Positions 48,379-57,289 of a stretch of 60,663 nt of DNA are shown here, piece after piece. A program made the position numbers and the translations under genes. Every line of letters begins with the position of its first letter. Positions within the stretch are counted from its first letter, which is position 1. Under the pieces are notes generated by a model. The model did no database searches and was not told the origin of the DNA. It worked only from the letters and a program-made list of their open reading frames with translations. The DNA comes from a bacterium (GTDB lineage Bacteria; Patescibacteriota; Patescibacteriia; Patescibacteriales; VMTK01): NCBI GenBank assembly GCA_030693295.1, contig JAUYAT010000008.1:1-60663 (forward strand), given 5' to 3'.

Positions 48379-49758
48379 CTATTCTCTTATAATTTTCAAT
48401 ACTTCGTCTCTTTTTTCTTCCATTAATTCTTTTGTTTTTGCTTCCAAATTCAGTCTTAATTTCGGCTCGGTATTGGAGCCGCGGACATTGAACCAAAAAT
48501 CCGAATATTCAACCGTGATGCCGTCCAGTTTGTTAATTTCTCCGTCTCCGTATTTTTTTTCAATTTTTTTAATCACTTCTTCTTGGTTTTTTACCGTTGA
48601 ATTGATTTCGCCCGAATGAAAATATTTTTGGTATGGTTTTATATATTCTGAAATTGGCTTGTTGCTTTCGGAAAATTCCCGCAATAATTTTAAAATCATA
48701 ATTACAGGCGCTTCAAAACAGCCGATATCCATATTCAAAAAAAAGTGGCCGGAAGATTCGCCGGCAAAATAAGCGTTTTCTTTAAGCGCTTGTTCTTTTA
48801 TTAAAGAATGTCCGACACGAGTCACGATCGGAATGCCGCCATTTTCTTCAATCATGTCGCGGGTGATGCGGCCCGGCCTGATGTCATAGCAAATTTTAGA
48901 ACCCGGTTTTTCTCTTAAAAATATCATTGATAAAATTCCCCTGATTATGGATTGGTCAATGGTTTTGCCTTTTTCATCAATAAAAAATATCCTGTCGCCG
49001 TCGCCGTCAATGGCAATGCCTAAATCCGCGTTTTCTTCAATCACTTTCTTTTTTAAATCTTCCAAGTTTTCTTCTTTCAAGGGATCGGCTTCGTGCGCCG
49101 GAAACGCGCCGTCTAAATCAAAATTCATTTTAATTAATCGGCAAGGCAAATGCTTAAACAATTCTTCAATATATTGCGCTCCCATGCCGTTGGCCGGATC
49201 AACCGCGATTTTAAGCGGTTTGATTTTATTTAAATCAACAAATCGCAAGTCGTGTTCAGTTTGAATTTCTAAAACATCGCCTTTTTTAATAGTTTCGCCG
49301 CGCTTTTTAAGCGGCCCGGGCGCTTGCGGGGCGGTCAGACCGCCCATTGCCATATCGCGCAATTCATACAAACCCGTTTCTCCGCTAATCGGTATGGCTT
49401 TTTCGCGGACTAATTTAAATCCGTTCCATTCTTTAGGATTGTGCGAGGCGGTAATTATTAAGCCGCCGCCATAGTTAAAATAAGCGACGGCGAAATAAAA
49501 TGTCGGAGTTGAGGCAAGGCCGATGTCAACCGCATTGGCTCCGGCTTCAGTTATGCCCTTGATCAGCGACTGCTTAAGCCGCGGCGACGACAATCGCATG
49601 TCTTCGGCAACAACAATATTTAATTCGCCTGCTTTGCCGTCTTGGCGGCTAAACTTAACATAAGCCCTGCCCAAGCGATAAGCGGTTTCTTCATCCAAGT
49701 CTTGGCCGTAAATGCCGCGGATATCGTATGCTTTAAAAATATTAGGGTTGGTTTGCAT
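48379..49758 (-). CDS. Phosphomannomutase/phosphoglucomutase family protein
   Basis: 459 aa: ITASHNPKEWNGFK (active-site Ser), DGDGDR, GESSGH. Confidence 0.85.
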   Translation of the reverse strand: MQTNPNIFKAYDIRGIYGQDLDEETAYRLGRAYVKFSRQDGKAGELNIVVAEDMRLSSPRLKQSLIKGITEAGANAVDIGLASTPTFYFAVAYFNYGGGLIITASHNPKEWNGFKLVREKAIPISGETGLYELRDMAMGGLTAPQAPGPLKKRGETIKKGDVLEIQTEHDLRFVDLNKIKPLKIAVDPANGMGAQYIEELFKHLPCRLIKMNFDLDGAFPAHEADPLKEENLEDLKKKVIEENADLGIAIDGDGDRIFFIDEKGKTIDQSIIRGILSMIFLREKPGSKICYDIRPGRITRDMIEENGGIPIVTRVGHSLIKEQALKENAYFAGESSGHFFLNMDIGCFEAPVIMILKLLREFSESNKPISEYIKPYQKYFHSGEINSTVKNQEEVIKKIEKKYGDGEINKLDGITVEYSDFWFNVRGSNTEPKLRLNLEAKTKELMEEKRDEVLKIIRE

Positions 49759-49779
49759 ATTACAAAATAGAATTTATTT

Positions 49780-50919
49780 TTAACTCTTTCTAAAATACAG
49801 CCAGATTCCGCCCAGTCCCCACCATGCGGCAACAAGGCAAAACAGCCAGCCGATATACGGCAGGGAGCAGATTATCCAGACAGCCGCGATACCTATAACC
49901 ATCGCCCAAATCATAGACTCTTTTTGTTTTGGCAAAAATCTGCCAAGCAAACCGCGGCCGACCAAAATACCGACTAAAATCTTGCTGATTAACAAGGCGA
50001 TCAGCCACACTCCCATTAAAATAAAAGCCAGAGGCAAGCCGATTAAAGTTATCAATAACAGTATTGCCGCGATCGGCGTTAAAAACATAATAACAGCTCC
50101 CCAGCCGATTGAAACGCCGGCTTTGTCTAACATTTTATCGGTTAATTTTTTAATTTCATCGCGCCATAAGCTGATTAAAACCAAGCCGATTACCAATGCG
50201 GAAAAAATGGAATACAATCTGCCCCAGGCCCAGCCAAGCGTTTTTTGCTTTTTTGTTATTGAAATTTTAGGCAGATTATGAGTAACCGCGCCGGCAATGC
50301 TCGCGCCTTCCGCGATGGAGGCTTCATTTTTACCGGTGTAAGTTACACTGCCGTTGATTATCGCTTCATTAGCGATTATCAAGCCACTGTCTTTTTTGTT
50401 TTGATTGTCTATTCTAAGATTGACGTTTTTGCCGACTTCGCCCGCTATTGTGGCATTTGCCGCGCCGCCATGCAGATCGCGGCCGATTTTCCCCCTGATT
50501 TCCGCTGTCGCGGCGCCTACAAGCATATCCCAGCCCACTTCGGCGGATTTCCCCAAGTAAACGCCGGCGCCGAATGCCATAACATTGCGCGCGATACGGC
50601 CGTTAATATTGACATTGTTGCTTGCCGCGCGGACGCTGCCATTAACTGCGCCGTTGATGTTGATTGACTGTCCGGCGCAAATAACATCTCCTTCAACGGT
50701 TCCGTTGATGTTGATTGACTGTCCGGCGCAGATGACATCGCCGGTTACCGCGCCGTCAATAGTGATGGTTGAACCGGCGGCGAATAAATTTCCTTCAACG
50801 GTTTCGCCTTGGGCCACATAAACCGAATTGTCGGTTTTAACCGTAAAGGCATGGGCTGTTGCCGGCGCAACTAACAGAAGCGCAAAGCAAGTAATAATCA
50901 GAAGTCTTGTTTTTGTCAT
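49780..50919 (-). CDS. Beta-helix (bactofilin-like repeat) protein with signal peptide and C-terminal multi-TM region
   Basis: Likely start MTKTRLLIITCFALLLVAPATAHA at 50919. Repeats GDVICAGQSININGTVEGDVICAGQSININGAVNG. The ORF-track N-terminal extension to 51186 overlaps the divergent gene. Confidence 0.5.
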   Translation of the reverse strand: MTKTRLLIITCFALLLVAPATAHAFTVKTDNSVYVAQGETVEGNLFAAGSTITIDGAVTGDVICAGQSININGTVEGDVICAGQSININGAVNGSVRAASNNVNINGRIARNVMAFGAGVYLGKSAEVGWDMLVGAATAEIRGKIGRDLHGGAANATIAGEVGKNVNLRIDNQNKKDSGLIIANEAIINGSVTYTGKNEASIAEGASIAGAVTHNLPKISITKKQKTLGWAWGRLYSIFSALVIGLVLISLWRDEIKKLTDKMLDKAGVSIGWGAVIMFLTPIAAILLLITLIGLPLAFILMGVWLIALLISKILVGILVGRGLLGRFLPKQKESMIWAMVIGIAAVWIICSLPYIGWLFCLVAAWWGLGGIWLYFRKS

Positions 50920-50965
50920 AAATTTATGGTTAAGTATTAATAATATACTTATTTTATCATACTTT

Positions 50966-52660
50966 ATGCAAAAAGCAATAAGAGAGCTGTTAAAATTAAA
51001 CATAAAATCCCGCGATGATTTAATGATGGCTAAACGAAAAATCGCCAAGAAATATAATATTGGAATTTTGCGGAATTCGGATATTTTAAAGGAATATAAT
51101 AAATTAATCGCCGTAGGGGCATTGCGCGCAATGCCCCTACTTGAAAAAATCTTGCGCAAGCGCGCGGTCCGGACAATGTCGGGCATCGCGCCGGTTGCGG
51201 TTTTAACCGCGGCTTATCCCTGCCCGGGCAAGTGCGCTTACTGCCCGACCGAAAAAAATGTGCCGCAAAGCTATCTGTCAAACGAGCCGGCTGTTATGCG
51301 CGCCATTCGCTGCGATTATAATCCTTACTTGCAGACACAAATGCGTTTAAGCGCTTTGGAAGCAAATGGCCATAAACCGGAAAAAATTGAATTGATTGTT
51401 ATCGGAGGAACATGGAGCGTTTTGCCGGAGAAGTATAAATATTGGTTTATAGCACAGTGTTTTAAAGCGGCAAATGATTTTCGCTCTGTCATTCTGAGGG
51501 CGCAGCCCGAAGAATCTCAGGTTAATCAATACAAAACACTTAATATGGTAAATACTAAATCTATATTAACTAACCAGAGATCCTTCGCTGCGCTCAGGAT
51601 GACAACATTAATAAAAGAACAGAGAAAAAATGAGAAGGCTAAATATAAAATTATCGGGCTTACTCTTGAAACAAGGCCGGATTATATTAATGAAGAAGAA
51701 TTATTGCAAATGCGGGAGCTGGGGTGCACAAGAGTTGAGCTCGGCGTACAAGCGATTGACGATAAAATATTAAAACTAAACAAGCGCGGCCATGGCGTTG
51801 ATGAAATCGCGCGCGCCACCGAGTTGCTAAAAAATTACGGCTTTAAAGTTACTTATCATATAATGCCGGGACTGCCCGGAGCAACGCCGGCCAAAGATTT
51901 AAAAATGTTTAAACAGCTTTTTAGCGATGAGCGATTCCAGCCGGACCAGATAAAATTTTACCCCACGGTAGTTACGCGCGGCAGTTTGTTATACAAATGG
52001 TGGAAAGCGGGAAAATACAAGCCCTATGGCGATAAGCCGTTGCGCGAATTAATTATTGGCTGCAAAAAAGTGGTGCCGCCGTATGTTCGTATTATAAGAT
52101 TAATACGGGATATTCCAAGAGAATCAATTGTCGCCGGCAATATGATTACCAATCTGCGTCAGGTGATGAAAGACGCGGGAGCGGAATGCAGGTGCATTCG
52201 CTGTCGTGAATGCAGGAACGAGGCATTGCCTCGTTCAGTTCGTCCAATATTACGAATTATTAAATATAAAGCGTCAGGAGGGGAAGAATATTTTATCAGT
52301 TTTGAAAGCAAGGATGGAAAAATTCTTTATGGGTTTTGCAGATTAAGGACACAAAACATGGAACACAAAACATGGAACAAGCTTAATTTTTTTAATAACA
52401 CAGCGTTGATTAGGGAATTGCATGTTTATGGCGAGTTGGTGCCGGTCGGTGAAAATAAAAAAATTCAACACTCCGGATTGGGCAAAAAATTAATGGCCGA
52501 GGCGGAAAAAATCGCGCGCGAGAACGGATATAAAAAAATAGCCGTGATATCAGGCATCGGCGCGAGAGATTATTACAGAAAATTGGGATACAGGTTAAAA
52601 GAAAGCTATATGATTAAAGCGGACGCGACGCAACAGCGGCGCGTACGCGATCGCGATTAG
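50966..52660 (+). CDS. Elp3-like radical-SAM/GNAT tRNA modification enzyme
   Basis: Likely start MQKAIRELLKLN at 50966. Radical-SAM CPGKCAYCP, and C-terminal GNAT RELHVYG...QHSGLGKKLM. Several repeat insertions. Confidence 0.8.
   Translation: MQKAIRELLKLNIKSRDDLMMAKRKIAKKYNIGILRNSDILKEYNKLIAVGALRAMPLLEKILRKRAVRTMSGIAPVAVLTAAYPCPGKCAYCPTEKNVPQSYLSNEPAVMRAIRCDYNPYLQTQMRLSALEANGHKPEKIELIVIGGTWSVLPEKYKYWFIAQCFKAANDFRSVILRAQPEESQVNQYKTLNMVNTKSILTNQRSFAALRMTTLIKEQRKNEKAKYKIIGLTLETRPDYINEEELLQMRELGCTRVELGVQAIDDKILKLNKRGHGVDEIARATELLKNYGFKVTYHIMPGLPGATPAKDLKMFKQLFSDERFQPDQIKFYPTVVTRGSLLYKWWKAGKYKPYGDKPLRELIIGCKKVVPPYVRIIRLIRDIPRESIVAGNMITNLRQVMKDAGAECRCIRCRECRNEALPRSVRPILRIIKYKASGGEEYFISFESKDGKILYGFCRLRTQNMEHKTWNKLNFFNNTALIRELHVYGELVPVGENKKIQHSGLGKKLMAEAEKIARENGYKKIAVISGIGARDYYRKLGYRLKESYMIKADATQQRRVRDRD
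51113..51140. repeat. Perfect 28-nt palindrome inside the Elp3-like gene
   Basis: GTAGGGGCATTGCG/CGCAATGCCCCTAC, translated as VGALRAMPLL. Confidence 0.9.
51488..51603. repeat. Palindromic element (GTCATTCTGAGGGCG...CGCTCAGGATGAC) inside the Elp3-like gene
   Basis: The terminal inverted repeats enclose an AT-rich centre. Translated as SVILRAQPEESQVNQYKTLNMVNTKSILTNQRSFAALRMTT. Confidence 0.8.
52216..52236. repeat. 21-nt hairpin inside the Elp3-like gene
   Basis: GAACGAGGCA-T-TGCCTCGTTC, translated as NEALPRS. Confidence 0.8.
52349..52376. repeat. 14-nt tandem duplication inside the Elp3-like gene
   Basis: ACACAAAACATGGA x2, translated as TQNMEHKTWN. Confidence 0.85.
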
Positions 52661-52690
52661 TTTTTCAGATCGTCCGAAAACTATCTCCTT

Positions 52691-52862
52691 GTCATTCCCA
52701 ACTTGATTGGGAATCCAGGCGAGAGCCATAGGAATATGTTTATTAGTTAAAGGTAAGTGAAAATTGATAATTTTAATCTGCTATATATATTTTTGCCATT
52801 CACCCCTGGATTCCCGCTTTCGCTCGCCTCGCTGAAGCTTCGGCGAAGCGGGCGGGAATGAC
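52691..52862. repeat. P1-family palindromic element with a 85-nt AT-rich centre
   Basis: The left arm GTCATTCCCAACTTGATTGGGAATCCAGG ends at 52719. The right arm CCTGGATTCCCGCTTTCGCTCGCCTCGCTGAAGCTTCGGCGAAGCGGGCGGGAATGAC starts at 52805. Confidence 0.8.
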
Positions 52863-52987
52863 AAGAAGGCGTTAAAAATGTATATTTTTCGGACGGTCTG
52901 GCCATCGGCTGGCGCGCAAATCCTTGACAAAGCAGAGGCTAATTGTTAAAATGAAAACATAATTTTTTATAAAAAAGGGAGGAAATT

Positions 52988-53383
52988 ATGACAAAAATAA
53001 TCATAGCATCGGGTCCGGTAATAGTTGAAAATAGCAAGGTTCTCTTAAACAAACATGGCGACACGGCTTTCTGGAAGTTTTGCGGCGGAAGGGTAGAGGA
53101 TTTTTCAACTGATTTAATTGATAATGCTAAAAGGGAAGTCAAAGAAGAAATGGGCATTGGAATAAACATTTTAAACGAAGAGCCGTTTATAACCTTTGCC
53201 AGAAAAGAAACTCCGGAAGGAATAATTGATATTATTTTGGTTCATTTTTTGGCCGAACGGATCGGTGAAATTAAACCGGGAGAGGATATTAGAGAATGGA
53301 AATGGATTGATATTAATAATTTACCCGAAGATTTAGGTCCGAATATTATACCAGCGTTAAAACATTTTGGATTTTTAAAATAA
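52988..53383 (+). CDS. NUDIX hydrolase
   Basis: 131 aa with the Nudix box GGRVEDFSTDLIDNAKREVKEEMGI. SD GGGAGGA upstream. Confidence 0.8.
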   Translation: MTKIIIASGPVIVENSKVLLNKHGDTAFWKFCGGRVEDFSTDLIDNAKREVKEEMGIGINILNEEPFITFARKETPEGIIDIILVHFLAERIGEIKPGEDIREWKWIDINNLPEDLGPNIIPALKHFGFLK

Positions 53384-53402
53384 AATTATCAAGGAGGACG
53401 AC

Positions 53403-53603
53403 ATGACAAGATACCGCACCAATGTTGAGATAATACTGGTTGATATGGAAACCGACCTGGCGGTGGCAAAATATCGCTTTAATTCTTTTTTCTCTCACTC
53501 TCAACTTTGTTTGAAAAAAGAAAAATTACTTAAGACGAGATTGCCCGCAAACTTGCGGTCAAAAAATCTGAAGAAGACAAACAAAAAAAGAAAGGGGGGA
53601 TAA
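53403..53603 (+). CDS. Hypothetical small basic protein
   Basis: 66 aa with SD AAGGAGGA 7 nt upstream. Confidence 0.4.
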   Translation: MTRYRTNVEIILVDMETDLAVAKYRFNSFFSHSQLCLKKEKLLKTRLPANLRSKNLKKTNKKRKGG

Positions 53604-53605
53604 AA

Positions 53606-53755
53606 ATGTTTTATGCGCACATCTCTCTTGACTTCATCTTGCCGAATTTAGTTGAGTTATATAGTCGGCGAATTATTGTTCAAGATGAATTGAGAAAAAA
53701 AGATGAGTGTATGAGCATTACAAACCCGTCTTGGCCGCAGGAAGAGGGATCCTGA
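53606..53755 (+). CDS. Hypothetical 49-aa ORF (below the ORF-track cutoff)
   Basis: The ATG lies 2 nt after the previous stop, preceded by AAGGGGGGA. Reads MFYAHISLDFILPNLVELYSRRIIVQDELRKKDECMSITNPSWPQEEGS. Confidence 0.3.
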   Translation: MFYAHISLDFILPNLVELYSRRIIVQDELRKKDECMSITNPSWPQEEGS

Positions 53756-53807
53756 TTAGGCTAAAAACAAGATGGGGCCCGCAGTAAGAGAGTTGCTGGG
53801 GCAAAAT

Positions 53808-53839
53808 GGGGGCTGACGCCAAGATCGGCCCCCTTTTTT
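53808..53839 (+). terminator. Intrinsic terminator
   Basis: GGGGGC-N14-GCCCCC followed by TTTTTT. Confidence 0.7.
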
Positions 53840-53864
53840 ATTATATTTGAAATAAAAAATTATT

Positions 53865-53893
53865 TTGACAGATTGGTTTAATTATCATATTAT
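53865..53893 (+). promoter_or_regulatory. Sigma70-type promoter upstream of glyA
   Basis: TTGACA, 17 nt, TATTAT. 37 nt upstream of the ATG. Confidence 0.55.
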
Positions 53894-53929
53894 AAAAACA
53901 TATTAATTGTTTAATAATAACATAATTTT

Positions 53930-55177
53930 ATGTTAAATTATCAAAATTTATTAAAACAAGATCCGGAAATAATGGACGCGGTCAGGCGCGAGACGGAGAG
54001 GCAAAGCCAGGGTATGGAATTGATCGCTTCGGAAAATTATGTGTCGCGGGCGGTGCTGGAAGCGATGGCGACTGTTTTGACCAATAAATACAGCGAAGGA
54101 TATCCGGGCAAGAGATATTACGGCGGCCAGGAATACGTGGATGTTGTGGAAAGCATAGCCATTGAGCGAGCGAAAAAATTGTTTAATGCCGAACATGTCA
54201 ATGTCCAGCCGCTTTCCGGTTCGCCGGCTAACGCGGCTGTTTATTTCGCCTTTATAAAACCGGGCGACAAAGTGCTCGGGCTTAAGCTTGACCATGGCGG
54301 ACATTTGTCGCACGGGCATCCGGTTAATTTTTCCGGCATGCTTTATAATTTTGTCCAATACGAGGTTGGCGAAGAAACAGAACGGATTGATATGGAAAAA
54401 GTAAGAGAAATCGCTTTGCGGGAAAAGCCGAAAATGATTGTTGCCGGCTTTAGCGCTTATTCGCGCGAAATTGAATGGCAAAAATTCAAAGAAATCGCCG
54501 ATGAAGTCGGGGCTTTCACCTTCGCCGACATCGCCCATACGGCCGGCTTGATCGCGGCCGGCGAAATGGCAAATCCGGTTCCGTTGTTTGATGTCGTTTC
54601 AACAACAACGCATAAAACCTTGCGCGGCCCCAGAGGCGCGATTATTATGTGCAAAGAAAAATACGCCAAGCAGATTGATCGCGCTGTTTTTCCCGGCATG
54701 CAGGGCGGTCCGCACGAGCATATTATCGCGGCCAAAGCGGTCGCGTTCAAAGAAGCTTTGCAAGACGACTTTAAAGAATATGCCAAACAGGTAATAAAAA
54801 ATGCGAAAACTTTGGCCGGAGAATTTATAAATATGGGATATCGCGTAATTTCAGGCGGCACGGACAACCATTTAATGGTAGTTGATATGGCTTTAAAGGA
54901 ATTGTCAGGCAAAGACGCGGAAATTGTTTTAGATAAAGTGGGAATTTCGGTCAGCCGCTCAACCATACCAAACGATCCCAATCCGCCGATGAATCCGTCC
55001 GGCGTCCGTTTTGGCTCGCCGGCGATAACGACTCGCGGAATGAAAGAGGAGGAAATTAAAAAAATCGCGGTTTGGATAAATAGCGCGATTGAGCATAAAG
55101 ACGAACCGGAAATTTTGGAAAAAATCAAGGAACAAGTGAAAGAGATGTGCCTGGAATACCCGATACCGAGCGTGTAA
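53930..55177 (+). CDS. glyA: Serine hydroxymethyltransferase
   Basis: 415 aa: LIASENYVSRAVLEA, VVSTTTHKTLRGPRGA. Confidence 0.9.
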   Translation: MLNYQNLLKQDPEIMDAVRRETERQSQGMELIASENYVSRAVLEAMATVLTNKYSEGYPGKRYYGGQEYVDVVESIAIERAKKLFNAEHVNVQPLSGSPANAAVYFAFIKPGDKVLGLKLDHGGHLSHGHPVNFSGMLYNFVQYEVGEETERIDMEKVREIALREKPKMIVAGFSAYSREIEWQKFKEIADEVGAFTFADIAHTAGLIAAGEMANPVPLFDVVSTTTHKTLRGPRGAIIMCKEKYAKQIDRAVFPGMQGGPHEHIIAAKAVAFKEALQDDFKEYAKQVIKNAKTLAGEFINMGYRVISGGTDNHLMVVDMALKELSGKDAEIVLDKVGISVSRSTIPNDPNPPMNPSGVRFGSPAITTRGMKEEEIKKIAVWINSAIEHKDEPEILEKIKEQVKEMCLEYPIPSV

Positions 55178-55258
55178 ATAGTTTAACAATATTAAGTACG
55201 CGTTAAAAGTTGGTAAGAACAACGAGATTGTTGTGAGTAAAAACGTGTTTGTATCGTT

Positions 55259-55363
55259 CCTTCCTCTTGGATAAGAGGAAGGGCAGGATGGAGTTTGAAA
55301 AATGTTAAAAAATATTTTAATTTTTAACTCCACCCTATCCCTCCTCTTAAAACAAGAGGAGGG
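55259..55363. repeat. Triple-hairpin intergenic element
   Basis: CCTTCCTCTT-ggat-AAGAGGAAGG, then GGATGGAGTT...AACTCCACCC, then CCCTCCTCTT-aaaac-AAGAGGAGGG. Confidence 0.8.
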
Positions 55364-55414
55364 GACGAGAGGGAGAAACTTTTATTAAATATGAAGTTAG
55401 TGCGTTAAAGGCTT

Positions 55415-56281
55415 ATGGTAAAATTAATAGATGGAAAACAACTGGCCGAAAAAATCAAAGACGAAATCGTTAAAGAAATAATTAAATTGAATGGAGGATT
55501 AACGGTTGCCGCTAAGCGCCCCAATCTGGCTATTGTTTTAATCGGCGAACGGGAAGATTCCAAACTGTACGTCAGCTTGAAAGAAAAAGAGGCGAAAAAA
55601 GTCGGCATAGACACGCATTTATATGAATGTCCGGAAAATATAAGCGAAGGCGAGGTATTGGATATGATTAAATGCCTGAATAATGATGACGCGATTGACG
55701 CGATTTTAACACAATTGCCTTTGCCAACCGGTTTTGACACTGATAAGATTATTCGGGCGATTGATCCGAAAAAAGACGTTGACGGTTTTCATCCTGATAA
55801 TCTGGCAATACTTTTTAAAACATGCGACCACGGCCGTGTAATGCCGCCGATTTTTGAAGCAATCTTGGAAATGCTTAAAAGCATAAAGTATGAATTAAAA
55901 GGCAAGCAAGTTTGCGTCATCTCCAATTCAAAAATCTTCGGCAAAGCGCTATCGCGAGTTTTGGAATGCAGACAGGCGAAAGCCGCGGCAATACGCGCCG
56001 ATGACACGGACTTAAAAAATAAAACAAGCCAAGCCGATTTACTGATAACGGCCGTTGGCAAACCAAAGTTTATCAAGAAAGACATGATTAAAAAAGGCGC
56101 GGTGGTTATTGATATCGGCATAACAAAAAAGGACGGCAAGGTCCGCGGCGATGTTGATTTTGAAGATGTAAAAAACAAAGCGAGTTTCATTACTCCCGTG
56201 CCCGGCGGAGTCGGGCCGATGACCATCGCCATGGCGCTTAAGAATACTTTGGAGCTGTATAAAAGAAGGCAGAACAAGTAA
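55415..56281 (+). CDS. folD: Bifunctional methylenetetrahydrofolate dehydrogenase/cyclohydrolase
   Basis: 288 aa: KLIDGKQLAEKIK, VLIGEREDSKLYV, TPVPGGVGPMTIAML-like. Confidence 0.9.
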   Translation: MVKLIDGKQLAEKIKDEIVKEIIKLNGGLTVAAKRPNLAIVLIGEREDSKLYVSLKEKEAKKVGIDTHLYECPENISEGEVLDMIKCLNNDDAIDAILTQLPLPTGFDTDKIIRAIDPKKDVDGFHPDNLAILFKTCDHGRVMPPIFEAILEMLKSIKYELKGKQVCVISNSKIFGKALSRVLECRQAKAAAIRADDTDLKNKTSQADLLITAVGKPKFIKKDMIKKGAVVIDIGITKKDGKVRGDVDFEDVKNKASFITPVPGGVGPMTIAMALKNTLELYKRRQNK

Positions 56282-56340
56282 ACAAATAACAAAAAACTAT
56301 AAATAATAAAACGCTCACCGAGTAAAAAGGGGAGCGTTTG

Positions 56341-57198
56341 TTATTTTTTTATAAAATTTTGAACAATTTTTTGAGGGGCAAGCGGCTTGGCTAAAAACAT
56401 GCTGGAAAAAAATACTGCTTGGGCTCCGCTATTAAAAAAATCATAGCAATCACTTTCAGTGTCAATGCCGCCGCCGCCGATAATTGGTATATCAACGCTA
56501 TCCGCAATTTCAGAAACCGCGGCAAGGGCAAATTCCTTGATCCCACGGCCGGATTTTCCACAAATCCCAAAACCATTAATATTAACAGGAATTGTGTTAA
56601 TGGCGCTTATGGCGTTAATGCCGCAATCTTCCGCTATTTTTGCTTTACGCGCAAGATTACTATCCATGGCTCCCAATTTTACAATAAGCGAATGATTGCT
56701 CAACTTAACGGCTTGGGTAAAAAATTGGCTTAATTTTTTTAAATCATTGCGGAAAATAATTTTTACATGCGGGCAAGAAATATTTAATTCAACTGCCAAA
56801 ACATTAATTTTATTAAGCATGGCAATCATAATTAAAAATTCCCGGGGGCTTTTCAAGGCGCCGATTGATGGAATAAGATTATTAAGCTTAATAGCGGGAT
56901 AGAATTTATCAATAAACTCTTTAATACCGCAGTTATTCCACCCAAATCGATTAATATAACCATCTTGAATTTTGCGCAAAACCTTCCATGGTTTATACCA
57001 TCTGTAGTTTCCTTTTCGCGGATCTATTGTAATGGTTTTAGTTATTACTCCTCCAAAAAGCTCGGGTTTAATTAAATGCGTTTTAAACAAAATACAGTTT
57101 AACGGATTTTCATAAATATTATATCCATTGCCGTATTTCGCCGGTCCGGAACCGATAAAAAAACGATTTTTTACTCTTATGCCGTTTAAATCTATCAT
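56341..57198 (-). CDS. Dihydroorotate dehydrogenase-family TIM-barrel protein
   Basis: 285 aa: FFIGSGPAK, RFGWNNCG, ELNISCPH, IIGGGGI. The substrate is not assignable from sequence alone. Confidence 0.55.
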   Translation of the reverse strand: MIDLNGIRVKNRFFIGSGPAKYGNGYNIYENPLNCILFKTHLIKPELFGGVITKTITIDPRKGNYRWYKPWKVLRKIQDGYINRFGWNNCGIKEFIDKFYPAIKLNNLIPSIGALKSPREFLIMIAMLNKINVLAVELNISCPHVKIIFRNDLKKLSQFFTQAVKLSNHSLIVKLGAMDSNLARKAKIAEDCGINAISAINTIPVNINGFGICGKSGRGIKEFALAAVSEIADSVDIPIIGGGGIDTESDCYDFFNSGAQAVFFSSMFLAKPLAPQKIVQNFIKK

Positions 57199-57289
57199 GG
57201 TCCCTCCTATGTTTTATAATGAGCGTTTTGACTATACTCTCTTTGTTTGTTAATCTTAAATTAGTCTATTGGATTAATTTTGTCAAATT

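Noticed and set aside
53951-55333. Large antisense or alternative-frame ORFs across glyA (53951..54538, 54457..55128, 54959..55333), and similar ones in folD, the pyrD-like gene and recQ
   Set aside because: They are overlapped by genes with strong conserved motifs and have no independent support.
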